DNA of 64,000 nt from a virus: the IMG/VR virus record IMGVR_UViG_3300027733_000001, one strand, 5' to 3'. The position numbers were made by a program, and so were the translations under genes. Every line of letters starts with the position of its first letter. Within the stretch, counting starts at the first letter, position 1. Below are positions 7,691-16,711 of the stretch, one piece after another. The notes under the pieces were generated by a model. It was not told the DNA's origin, ran no database searches, and saw nothing but the letters and a program-made list of their open reading frames with translations.

Positions 7691-10656
7691 TGTCGCTAAA
7701 AATTGATCCTACGTCGGTACATCTAGGTAAGAACGCTGGAGGAGCTATAGACAATGTTTATGTCGCCAGTTACGTTCCCACCGATCCTGCCACGTTACCA
7801 ATTACATGTAATCTTCCGCCTGCATTAAATTACACTCCAGGCAGCGCGACACTGATACCGCTTCAACCATCTTGTACATACAATTTTGCTGATGTGTTGG
7901 GAATTCCCCCAACTCCTCCTCCCCCTAATCCTGTACCATATAAAGCTTGTGAGTCGCTAACAGCTACTTCAAATATTATAACCACAGAGGCTACCAAAAA
8001 TTCTTCATTAAGCCTCGTTGCCAGTGGTCCTATTATATCTGAAACCGGTACAGCCGACTGTACAATAAAGTTGGTGGGTATTTTAGATATTTCCGCCTGT
8101 AGTGACTTTTCAGCCAACTCTATAGTTTCTTTCAGCAATGCAGCTGCAGGTTCTTCTCTAGCAGTAACTGCAGCTAGTGCTCCTCATTGTGGAGTCACTC
8201 TTATAGGTAACATAGATATTAGCGCTTGCGAAAGTTTTACAGCTACCTCAAAAATTACATACGGAGGAGCACTGCAAGGCTCGTATCTGAACTTTGTTTC
8301 TCGAAGTATCCCAGATTGTGGTTTCGACCTGACCGGCGCATTCAATATTGATGCGTGTGAAACGTTTAACGCTCAATCGAATATTGCCATCACTGGGGCA
8401 GCAGTCAAAAGAAGTATTTTTGAAATATCTCCTCAGTCTACACCAAATTGCGGATTTGTGCTGACCGGTGACGTAGTCATTGACGCCTGTACAGACTTTA
8501 CAGCGACAGGAGGAATTAACTTTTTAGGCGCCGCAGTGAAATCTAGTTCGGTTAAAGTTGTTGCTGCAGAACAACCTAACTGCGGACTGGTATTATCTGG
8601 AGATGTAGTCATTGATGCTTGCGCCACGTTCACAGCAGTAAACAACTTTAAAATCACTTCATCTAGTGGTGTAGTGAATACGATTACACCAATATCAATC
8701 GTATCGCAAAGTACTCCAGACTGCGGGTTTACTCTCAACGGTGAAGTCAGTATTGACGCTTGTGCTAGTGCAAACGTAAGCATCATTCCAGACCCTCAAC
8801 AGCTAGGTTTTATAAACTTAAGGATAGGTGTGCCTCAAGGGCAACCAGCTAGTGCCGGATTGATATATTCTTCAGCACCATTGTCTTTACGTAGTAGCAC
8901 AGTCTATCAGGAAGGATGCAATACGACCTTATCCATCTCGATGGACTCTATTGACCTCCAGCTTCCTGGATACCCTGCAGTTATCGACTATACTCCGGGT
9001 GTTCTGGATGGATGTATGTGGGAGGAAAATACGGACGGTATATACCTATATCAAGATCCGTACAGCGAAGCTTTATACATCGCTGGAGCTATACCGAAAC
9101 CTTGTTTTGTATGCGATTCGAGCAGCTATAAGCAGGCAGATGGGCAGGTTCGACCTTTTGTTTATACTGACCTAGAACTGAACACTCTCAGCGTTAATAA
9201 ACTTGTTGCTCCGCAATGCTGCACGATCAATGCAGATAATCTACTAGACCTCTGTAACGGGTATTTTCAATTCCTAGATATTAACGGCGCTCAGGTAAAC
9301 ATAGAGTCCAAATCTATCCAGATATCTTCAGATGCATACAACTATACGCAGATCTATCCATCAGATATTCGTGTAGCTGACGCCTACCGTAATGCTCAGC
9401 TAGAGTCTGGGTCACTCACACTAGACGATACATCTCTGCCCAACTCGTTCATGTATGCTACCGCTCATTCATTGAGCTACTCTGATGCACTTAACGATGA
9501 GTTTAATCTAACTGCGCAGCAGCTCTCGTTCACTGCTCCGGACTTGAGCAATGTCATTGTTAATACGGAAGGTGTGTATGCTAACTCTTGTGCAGGCAAC
9601 TACGCCGCGATGCAGGACAATGCACTCACTATGGCTCCTTTTGTTGGTTCGGCCACCTATATGCAGTTAACCAGCAGTATTCTTAGTCTAGTGTCGAGTG
9701 GTACAACCTACGCAAATCACGCACCCAACTACTCGTACCTCTATACACCCACGTATTACAACTACATGGATAGTTACGGTTTAATGACTAACACCATAGG
9801 TACAGGTCAAATCGCAAAAGTCCGCCCTACAGGGTTTTATGTGGAGACGGATGTAAATCATGGAGCCTGGATGCAACCTGACTATATGGGTATAAAGGCG
9901 TCTAACGAAACTTGGACCAGAGTTGATCCCTACCAGGTGGCTGTATATGGGCTAAATAGTTTAGGTGCAGCATCTGCTGCCAACATAACACCTACTAATG
10001 TATATGTTGGAGGTCACTCTGGAGGCTACCCGTACACATATATGGCAGACAACTATTTTTCTGCCAATGAGTCAGATCTTAAATATTCAAGCATTACGCC
10101 AACCACGCTATATATCCAGGCTGACAACAATACATATTCCTATGTTTCTCCGTACGACATAAAAGCGGTTAAAATTGACGGTAATGGAACACATCAAGCA
10201 TACCACAACCCCTGGGAGTTCAGAGTTACAGCAGCCAATAACATTAGATATGCTAATTTATCTGAAGGCAGCGTATATGTACAACAGGACACTAGCAACT
10301 ATTCCTATCTCGCTTCGGGCGAAATAAAATCTGTCAGTGGTGTATGTTATACGTACCAAAATCCTTGGGAACACAAAGCCTCAAGTACCGACTCTACCGA
10401 TTACGGTTCTCTAGGACGCACGTGGGTGCAAGTAGGGAAGGACAGTACTAAAGGTACCCTAACTAAAGACACACTAAAATTAGAAACCAGTAACATATCG
10501 TATACGCAGATGACCCACGGCACGATAACTATTAACGGTAAAAACGTATATCTTGAGCCCAAAAATGCTAATAACGCCTATTTCAGAGCTCTAACTGTAT
10601 GTACAAACGTATCTACTGGTGCAACCGCCACTATATACGTATTGGCTCACGACTAA
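7690..10656 (+). CDS. fibre/spike-like structural protein with six Cys-pair repeats and a beta-rich C-terminus
   Basis: 988 aa; repeats of (D/S)AC..F.A...P.CG..L.G...I; Tyr/Ser/Thr beta-strand-rich tail. Confidence 0.55.
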   Translation: MSLKIDPTSVHLGKNAGGAIDNVYVASYVPTDPATLPITCNLPPALNYTPGSATLIPLQPSCTYNFADVLGIPPTPPPPNPVPYKACESLTATSNIITTEATKNSSLSLVASGPIISETGTADCTIKLVGILDISACSDFSANSIVSFSNAAAGSSLAVTAASAPHCGVTLIGNIDISACESFTATSKITYGGALQGSYLNFVSRSIPDCGFDLTGAFNIDACETFNAQSNIAITGAAVKRSIFEISPQSTPNCGFVLTGDVVIDACTDFTATGGINFLGAAVKSSSVKVVAAEQPNCGLVLSGDVVIDACATFTAVNNFKITSSSGVVNTITPISIVSQSTPDCGFTLNGEVSIDACASANVSIIPDPQQLGFINLRIGVPQGQPASAGLIYSSAPLSLRSSTVYQEGCNTTLSISMDSIDLQLPGYPAVIDYTPGVLDGCMWEENTDGIYLYQDPYSEALYIAGAIPKPCFVCDSSSYKQADGQVRPFVYTDLELNTLSVNKLVAPQCCTINADNLLDLCNGYFQFLDINGAQVNIESKSIQISSDAYNYTQIYPSDIRVADAYRNAQLESGSLTLDDTSLPNSFMYATAHSLSYSDALNDEFNLTAQQLSFTAPDLSNVIVNTEGVYANSCAGNYAAMQDNALTMAPFVGSATYMQLTSSILSLVSSGTTYANHAPNYSYLYTPTYYNYMDSYGLMTNTIGTGQIAKVRPTGFYVETDVNHGAWMQPDYMGIKASNETWTRVDPYQVAVYGLNSLGAASAANITPTNVYVGGHSGGYPYTYMADNYFSANESDLKYSSITPTTLYIQADNNTYSYVSPYDIKAVKIDGNGTHQAYHNPWEFRVTAANNIRYANLSEGSVYVQQDTSNYSYLASGEIKSVSGVCYTYQNPWEHKASSTDSTDYGSLGRTWVQVGKDSTKGTLTKDTLKLETSNISYTQMTHGTITINGKNVYLEPKNANNAYFRALTVCTNVSTGATATIYVLAHD

Positions 10657-10668
10657 AACAATAAGCTT

Positions 10669-11679
10669 ATGCCTCAGCTACCGGCAGTCGGAAATTCCTG
10701 TAAGTGTGATTGCAAAAAAATAGATCCGCCTGTAATCACTAGCGCAGGAAGTGCATCTGGTGAAGCTAAAAAAGCTTTTTCTTACACCATAACTGCAACA
10801 AACAGTCCGACTTCTTATAATGCTACAGGCTTACCGGCAGGGCTGAACATCAACACATCCAATGGAGTTATTAGCGGAACACCTACAACAGCAGGTACGT
10901 ACACTATAACAATATCTGCAAAAAATGATGGAGGTACAGGAACAAAAACACTTACACTGACTGTAGCTGCTGCCGTAATACCTGCGACTTGGCTACGCAT
11001 CCAGGCTACATTCGACCTCGGCGGCTTATCAGCTATGGCGCGCCTGAGTAGTGTAGCTGGACAATACGCTGGTGCCGAAGCGGTGAGTAACGGCTATCGC
11101 GATTGTATGCAAACTTCTCTTCTAAATAATTCTACATATATTAAATTTACAGGTTACACACCGGCCTGGACAATAACATGGTTAAACGGACGCACTTTTT
11201 ATGACTCAGAGCGTTATTCAGGCAATCTTGCTTTTACTGCTGATGCTGCTCTTTACAAAGAGGTACAATTAGGCGGGTACCCAAATTACAGCTGCTCTTA
11301 TCTATGGGATATAAACGTAGCCTTATGGCGACAATATAACCCAACTGTTCAATTCATGAACGGTACCATACCTGGTATTTGGCGCCACGACGCAGGAAAC
11401 TATGGGAACCCAAGCCTAGGAAATTTTAATATATGGTCTGCTTTTTATACAGCGGCACCATTAACAGGTTATGATAACCCTAATGGAATTAGGCAGCCCA
11501 ATGCTTCCGCCAGTTGGATTAGAGGTACCGAAAAATCTTTCGGTGTACCTTCAGGTTGGTGGTCTGGAAAGGGTAGCTGGTGTTACTATTTTGTATATGC
11601 CAGAAATTTTTCGTTTTCCGGGAACAATACGGCCGCATTTTCAATAGATACCTGGAACAGTACTTACACATTGAGCTAA
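10669..11679 (+). CDS. He_PIG (putative Ig) domain protein
   Basis: FSYTITATNSPTSYNATGLPAGLNINTSNGVISGTPTTAGTYTITISA is a typical putative-Ig repeat. Confidence 0.75.
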   Translation: MPQLPAVGNSCKCDCKKIDPPVITSAGSASGEAKKAFSYTITATNSPTSYNATGLPAGLNINTSNGVISGTPTTAGTYTITISAKNDGGTGTKTLTLTVAAAVIPATWLRIQATFDLGGLSAMARLSSVAGQYAGAEAVSNGYRDCMQTSLLNNSTYIKFTGYTPAWTITWLNGRTFYDSERYSGNLAFTADAALYKEVQLGGYPNYSCSYLWDINVALWRQYNPTVQFMNGTIPGIWRHDAGNYGNPSLGNFNIWSAFYTAAPLTGYDNPNGIRQPNASASWIRGTEKSFGVPSGWWSGKGSWCYYFVYARNFSFSGNNTAAFSIDTWNSTYTLS

Positions 11680-12368
11680 TGCTCTGGTACGTCCACTGTA
11701 GAGCTTAAAAATTCCTGATGATCAATCCATACAGGTTTTCCTGTAGAGTTATCTATCACTTGTCTGTATAACTTACCGTCGTCTCCTTTACGGATGTTAT
11801 TCACAAAGAAATTTACTACACCGATTGTGGTGGCTTCTACAGTTTGAATAGGGTCCAACAAACCAAATTGAGATTCATTAACCTCTCTAGAGCTATCTGG
11901 AATTGCCTCAGTAGATCCTATGCCTCCAGCCCCCATCTTGGTTACTTTGTGGGCTAGCATATATTGCTCCATAGGATTAACCCCTTCGATGTTTTGAGCC
12001 AGTGAGTTTCCTACAAAAACACTCTTTACTTGGGGAGAAAAAAACCCTGCATGTAACCAAGAAAGATTTCTTTTCTGCCTAAGTTTGCTCTTAGCTTTAA
12101 ACTGTACCTTACCTGCATCATGGTCGATATGCTCTTTCAGATAGTCTTCTGCTCCTAGAAATTTAGAAAAAATTACATTGTCTCGATCGTCTGCTTCTAC
12201 ATGACGTCCAAAGACTTTTAATAGCTTTTTTGACGCATCTAGTATCAGTTGAGGAGTTACATAGCTGATACTATTGCCTAGTGTGCGTCCCATGACCCCT
12301 GCATCAAGCTTCATGTTCTTGAAGTAGGTTTTCAACTCATTTATTTTTTCTTGTTTACTTATAGCCAT
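11676..12368 (-). CDS. rpoB: DNA-directed RNA polymerase beta subunit, middle (fork/rifampicin-pocket) fragment
   Basis: NSLAQNIEGVNPMEQYMLAHKVTKMGAGG...REVNESQFGLLDPIQTVEATTIGVVN matches RpoB [29 protein letters not shown]...[26 protein letters not shown]. Confidence 0.8.
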   Translation of the reverse strand: MAISKQEKINELKTYFKNMKLDAGVMGRTLGNSISYVTPQLILDASKKLLKVFGRHVEADDRDNVIFSKFLGAEDYLKEHIDHDAGKVQFKAKSKLRQKRNLSWLHAGFFSPQVKSVFVGNSLAQNIEGVNPMEQYMLAHKVTKMGAGGIGSTEAIPDSSREVNESQFGLLDPIQTVEATTIGVVNFFVNNIRKGDDGKLYRQVIDNSTGKPVWIDHQEFLSSTVDVPEH

Positions 12369-12383
12369 ATTTAGCTATAGTAG

Positions 12384-12599
12384 ATGAAAATTAGTATAAA
12401 CTCAAAACAAATGACGTTCGAATTTGACTACAACCTAGACACCGACGAAATATCGATCGTCTATGAAGGCTCATTCGTTCTTAAGGCAGAGTTTGATGGC
12501 GAGCGTCCAACTTTTCGTAATTTTGAAAAGGTTAAAGACGAAGAGATCGAAGCTATGCTAAAGAACCTTTGCCGTGCTGCGTTCAACGTGCTAGCCTAG
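12384..12599 (+). CDS. small hypothetical protein
   Basis: 71-aa ORF heading the + strand metabolic block. Confidence 0.55.
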   Translation: MKISINSKQMTFEFDYNLDTDEISIVYEGSFVLKAEFDGERPTFRNFEKVKDEEIEAMLKNLCRAAFNVLA

Positions 12600-12605
12600 C
12601 ACCGT

Positions 12606-13049
12606 ATGAATAACACAGAAAGGATTCGTCCCAACTGGGATCAGTACGGTATGGTTTTGGCTTATGCTGCAGCTACTAGATCTCCAGACCCTTACGTGGC
12701 GGTAGGCGCAGCCGCATTTAGAAAAGATAGGTCTACTGTGGCTACAGGCTATAACGGAGCACAAAGCGGGGTGGAAGTAGACTGGAGCGATAGAGATGCT
12801 CGCCGGCCTTTCGTAATACATGCAGAGTGCAACTGTTTGAAGTATTCCAAGCCTGGAGAGATATACTACCTATACGTTACACTTTCTCCCTGCTCGAACT
12901 GCATGGACTTGATAAAAGCTCACGGGGTACAAGAGGTCATATACGACGAACTGTACGAGAGAGATACAGCTGCATTTGAAAAAGCTAAAGAGTATGGCAT
13001 ACTCCTAAGGCATTGCTCCCTACCAGATGATTACGAAAAAACAATATAG
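12606..13049 (+). CDS. dCMP deaminase
   Basis: ATGYNG, HAECN and PCSNC zinc-deaminase motifs. Confidence 0.9.
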   Translation: MNNTERIRPNWDQYGMVLAYAAATRSPDPYVAVGAAAFRKDRSTVATGYNGAQSGVEVDWSDRDARRPFVIHAECNCLKYSKPGEIYYLYVTLSPCSNCMDLIKAHGVQEVIYDELYERDTAAFEKAKEYGILLRHCSLPDDYEKTI

Positions 13050-13686
13050 CCTAGGTCCGAAGGCATATGTCAGTGCTGTTTCGTTAAAAACGAACATAGT
13101 TCTGCATGGCTCTTTTTCTAGAACCAAGTACAGTTACAATTCAGTACAGTCGGCAGAAACTTGCTTGATGGATAAGTGGAACACTACCGCTGATGCTTGC
13201 GGAGGCCACTATGTTATTGGACGAGACGGTACAATATACTCGTGCATTGATCCTCTATATTGGTCGAGTCATGTAGGGGCAGGCAAATATTTTCAGCAAG
13301 TCAACAGACGTACTATAGCTGTATTCCTGGTTAACGAGCTTTTTCTGGAGAAGTCTAACAGTCAGTATTATGCCTTCGGCTTTAAAGACCTGCATAGCAG
13401 CTTATACAAAGGTAAGGTGTTCGAGTCCTCGTTTAAAGGATACACATACTGGGCAGACTATGATGAAGCACAGATACAGTCGCTTGCCCAATTACTCAAA
13501 GAGCTGTCTAGGGAGCACAGCATCCCTCTGACCATGCTGGGTAAATCTGCAGGGTATATGCAAGACGCTGACCTTAAAGCAGGTATAGTCTCGGGTTCAA
13601 ATCTGAACAAATCTTCATATAGTTTGCCGCTACCTTCATGGGCAATTTCAAGCCTTGAAATGGAAGGCATTCAGATATTGAGATAA
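13027..13686 (+). CDS. Amidase_2 (N-acetylmuramoyl-L-alanine amidase)-like protein, probably catalytically degenerate
   Basis: IVLHG, HYVIGRDGTIY, WSSHVG and Y..AQIQSL..LL motifs. The usual catalytic Glu and second His are not seen. Confidence 0.6.
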   Translation: MITKKQYSLGPKAYVSAVSLKTNIVLHGSFSRTKYSYNSVQSAETCLMDKWNTTADACGGHYVIGRDGTIYSCIDPLYWSSHVGAGKYFQQVNRRTIAVFLVNELFLEKSNSQYYAFGFKDLHSSLYKGKVFESSFKGYTYWADYDEAQIQSLAQLLKELSREHSIPLTMLGKSAGYMQDADLKAGIVSGSNLNKSSYSLPLPSWAISSLEMEGIQILR

Positions 13687-13800
13687 AGGCAAGATTTAAA
13701 TTTTCGCACCAGAAATTTAAGTTCTTGTAGGCAAAACCTAATTTTTGTTACTATATTAGGTCTACTAGGTGGCTAGTAGACAACCAAAAATAGTACACAT

Positions 13801-15651
13801 ATGAGCAAAGACTTTTTAAGTAAATTGGTGCATTACAGAACGTACGCAAAGTACCTCCCTGAGGAGATGAGGCGGGAGAGCAAGAACGAAACTATTAAGA
13901 GGAACATGGATATGCACATCCGTAAGTTTCCTCACCTGGCTGAAGCTATCGAAAAAGCCTACGAGCAGGTTTATGCAGGTCGTGTAGTTCCTAGTATGCG
14001 TAGTTTCCAGTTCGCAGGAGAGGCTATCGAGCGTCGTAACAACAGAATGTTTAACTGCAGCTTCATCAACATCACCAAGTTCAGAGATTTTGCAGACTTG
14101 TTCTATATGAGCATGAGTGGTGTAGGTGTGGGTTTCAGTGTTAAAAAAGCTCACATCAAGCAGCTGCCTGCTATTCCTGATGGTGCTGTAGAAGCTCCGT
14201 ATGTAATTGCAGATTCTGCAGAAGGCTGGTGCGACAGCTTGATGGAGCTTTTCCGTAATCCTGACCTACAGTTTGATTATACTGCAATCAGACCTATGGG
14301 TGCCGCTTTGAGTACAGGAGGCACAGCCAGCGGGCCGAAGGCACTGATCAAAATGCACGCCAACGTTCGAGCTATCCTTAGAAAAGCTGTAGGCCGACAA
14401 TTGACACCTTTTGAATGTCATCGTATCTCTTGCCTGATTGCTGATTGCGTTGTTGTGGGTGGTGTACGTAGAGGAGCACTAATCAGTTTGTTTGATGTAG
14501 ATGATGAAGAGTTGTTGAACTGCAAGGCAGGCAATTGGTGGGATAAATATCCTGAACTCGCCAGAGCGAACAACTCGGCGGTTCTACGCAAAGACGATCC
14601 AGCGTTTAAGGAAAAGGCTGGTAAGGTAATCGATGCTTGTTTTGCTGGAGGGCAGGCTGAACCTGGCCTAAGCTTAACTAACGATGATGAGATGGGCTTT
14701 AATCCCTGTCATGAGATCGCACTCAAAAGCATGGGTGTGTGTAATCTTACAGAGATCAATGCTGCTCAGTGCTTTAGCAAAGACGACTGGCTCAAAGCTG
14801 TGGTAAGTGCGACAATCATAGGCACTCTTCAGGCTACCTACACAGATTTTAAATATGTGCAGCCTGAGTGGAAAAAGAATGCGGATGAAGAGGCTTTGCT
14901 GGGTGTGAGTATTACTGGTCAGGCTGAAGCTCAGGCTATCCTTACTCCTGAAAACCTGTCCGAGGGAGCCAAGGCAGCTGTCGAAGTAAACAAACTCTGG
15001 GCATCGAAGCTAGGAATTAATCCAGCCAAGAGAATTACCACAACCAAACCGTCTGGCACCAGCAGTAGTTGGTTGGGTACAACTGCAGGCGTACACGCAG
15101 GTCATGAAATTAGATATATCCGCAGGGTACGCATGGATAAAGGCAGTGCACTAGGTAAAGCATTGAGTAAGCGTTTCCCTGCCTTTGTTGTCGAAGACCC
15201 ATTCAACAACAACGACATGATCATGCAAGTTCCTGTTAAATTGTATGACACAACATTGTTGCGCAATCAGGAAACTGCTGTACAGTGTCTTGAGCGTGTT
15301 AAGTCACTATATGACAACTGGATTGTTCCTGGCCATGTAGAAGGACCTAATACGCATAACATCAGTCTAACGATCAACTATCACGAACATGAAAAAGACG
15401 CCATCAGAAGATGGATGTTGGATAACAGAAATTCTTATTATGGTATTAGTCTTATTCCATATGATGGGGGTGACTATAAGTATTTGCCTTACAGCCAGCC
15501 TCCGCATCCTGAAGTATTTGAGATCCTCGATAAAGCTTTTGCATTGATTACAGAAGACTTCCGTTTCGAAGACATCAAAGAACGTAAAGATAACACCGAT
15601 TTTAAAGGAGAGGCTGCATGTGCCGGTGGAGCTTGTACCCTAGAAATCTAG
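13801..15651 (+). CDS. nrdJ: class II (adenosylcobalamin-dependent) ribonucleotide reductase, monomeric RTPR type
   Basis: VVPSMR, VVVGGVRRGALI, FNPCHE, VCNLTEIN, TTTKPSGT and the C-terminal ACAGGAC redox pair. Confidence 0.92.
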   Translation: MSKDFLSKLVHYRTYAKYLPEEMRRESKNETIKRNMDMHIRKFPHLAEAIEKAYEQVYAGRVVPSMRSFQFAGEAIERRNNRMFNCSFINITKFRDFADLFYMSMSGVGVGFSVKKAHIKQLPAIPDGAVEAPYVIADSAEGWCDSLMELFRNPDLQFDYTAIRPMGAALSTGGTASGPKALIKMHANVRAILRKAVGRQLTPFECHRISCLIADCVVVGGVRRGALISLFDVDDEELLNCKAGNWWDKYPELARANNSAVLRKDDPAFKEKAGKVIDACFAGGQAEPGLSLTNDDEMGFNPCHEIALKSMGVCNLTEINAAQCFSKDDWLKAVVSATIIGTLQATYTDFKYVQPEWKKNADEEALLGVSITGQAEAQAILTPENLSEGAKAAVEVNKLWASKLGINPAKRITTTKPSGTSSSWLGTTAGVHAGHEIRYIRRVRMDKGSALGKALSKRFPAFVVEDPFNNNDMIMQVPVKLYDTTLLRNQETAVQCLERVKSLYDNWIVPGHVEGPNTHNISLTINYHEHEKDAIRRWMLDNRNSYYGISLIPYDGGDYKYLPYSQPPHPEVFEILDKAFALITEDFRFEDIKERKDNTDFKGEAACAGGACTLEI

Positions 15652-15683
15652 CCTGTTTAATTCGACGGGATTAGCTGATAGCT

Positions 15684-15730
15684 AAAAAAAAGAGCCGCTT
15701 GCCCAATACCCTGGGCGGCGGCTCTAGTTT
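15684..15730. terminator. bidirectional terminator between nrdJ and the convergent gene
   Basis: A8-AGAGCCGC...GCGGCTCT-AGTTTT. Confidence 0.75.
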
Positions 15731-15739
15731 TGTTAAGGG

Positions 15740-16612
15740 TTACATTGACGGGTCACACGTGTTCTTGATCACGCCCGGGATTGCGACAAGGCGCTCCAAG
15801 AGCAACGGTGCTTTCGCAGCCATCGCTCTACCTGTCTCTCCCTCGTAAAACGCCGTGATCTCCGCAATTTCCAGCGGTGTGTAGATCTCATGCGCTTCCA
15901 TGATCAATTCCCACGTTTTGAGTTTAACTTGCTCAGGCAGCATGCTGAGCATCGGCTTCAGCATATCCATCATCCCTGTCGCCTCCATCAGCTTTGTTAC
16001 GGCAGAGGCTGAGGCTTTTCCAGTTGCAGGGGCCAGAGCAGGAGCAATGATCACCTTATCCTTCCACTCGTCCCATGACGCCCTGATCATCTCCAACTTC
16101 TCCTCAGCAGTCTTATTTTCAGCCACCAGCGTACCTCCACTACCACCAAACAGGTTGTAGAGTAAGCCGTCTAGCGCCTGAGGCTGATTAGGATCACTTA
16201 ACGCCCTGAACGTGACAATCTCCCACTCTGCCTCCGTAGAAGCATCCTGCTTGAGCTTTTCATGGGTGTACAGGATCACATCTGCAGCCACCACCGGGTC
16301 AGGTGTCAACGAATGGTGCCCCCGGATGTTTTTCCTAGGATCTTCCTGAACCCCTTTCCGGGGCTCAAAAGAAGCCACCAAGGTTTCGCCTCCTTTCAGT
16401 GTTACCAGCTCTCCTTTGACCAAAGCAGGGTTGATTGGGACAATCAATATTCCCGGCTCTTTGCTCACCCCCTTTTCCCAGTTAGACTGCACTTCGGTCA
16501 GGAGGTCGCTCCATGTGCAGTTCAATGCATGTTCACGTTTTTTAGCGTAGTTGTTAATCTCGATCATGTTTGTGGTTGTGGTGGTTGTTGTGGTTGCCGT
16601 CTTCATGTTCAT
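15740..16612 (-). CDS. DUF3228-like domain fused to a DUF2059-like domain
   Basis: ADVILYTHEKL...AEWEIVTFRA...GGSGG recalls DUF3228; IYTPLEIAEITAFYEGETGRAM recalls DUF2059. The N-terminal poly-Thr comes from a (GTT/GTG)n microsatellite. Confidence 0.45.
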   Translation of the reverse strand: MNMKTATTTTTTTTNMIEINNYAKKREHALNCTWSDLLTEVQSNWEKGVSKEPGILIVPINPALVKGELVTLKGGETLVASFEPRKGVQEDPRKNIRGHHSLTPDPVVAADVILYTHEKLKQDASTEAEWEIVTFRALSDPNQPQALDGLLYNLFGGSGGTLVAENKTAEEKLEMIRASWDEWKDKVIIAPALAPATGKASASAVTKLMEATGMMDMLKPMLSMLPEQVKLKTWELIMEAHEIYTPLEIAEITAFYEGETGRAMAAKAPLLLERLVAIPGVIKNTCDPSM

Positions 16613-16711
16613 GTTATTGCTTGGTTGGTTAACAGCTAATTAGCTAGCCAAATTATTATCCCATTTTTCGACTGGTTATTGGGGGAGGGGAGGGGTATCA
16701 TTCTTTTAGAT

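Noticed and set aside
13740-13781. NrdR box upstream of nrdJ
   Set aside because: Only a partial match to the palindromic consensus. The clearer feature is a 9-bp hairpin at 13760-13781, typical of a 5' stabiliser.
13801-15651. Intein or intron in nrdJ
   Set aside because: Continuous 616-aa ORF with motifs in normal order and no splice-junction signatures.
15652-15693. Third CTATCAG site as a promoter
   Set aside because: The hexamer 17 nt downstream is AACAGG, not a -10, and it would point antisense into nrdJ.
16681-16695. G-quadruplex GGGGGAGGGGAGGGG
   Set aside because: Only three clear G tracts; it may simply be part of the divergent promoter region.
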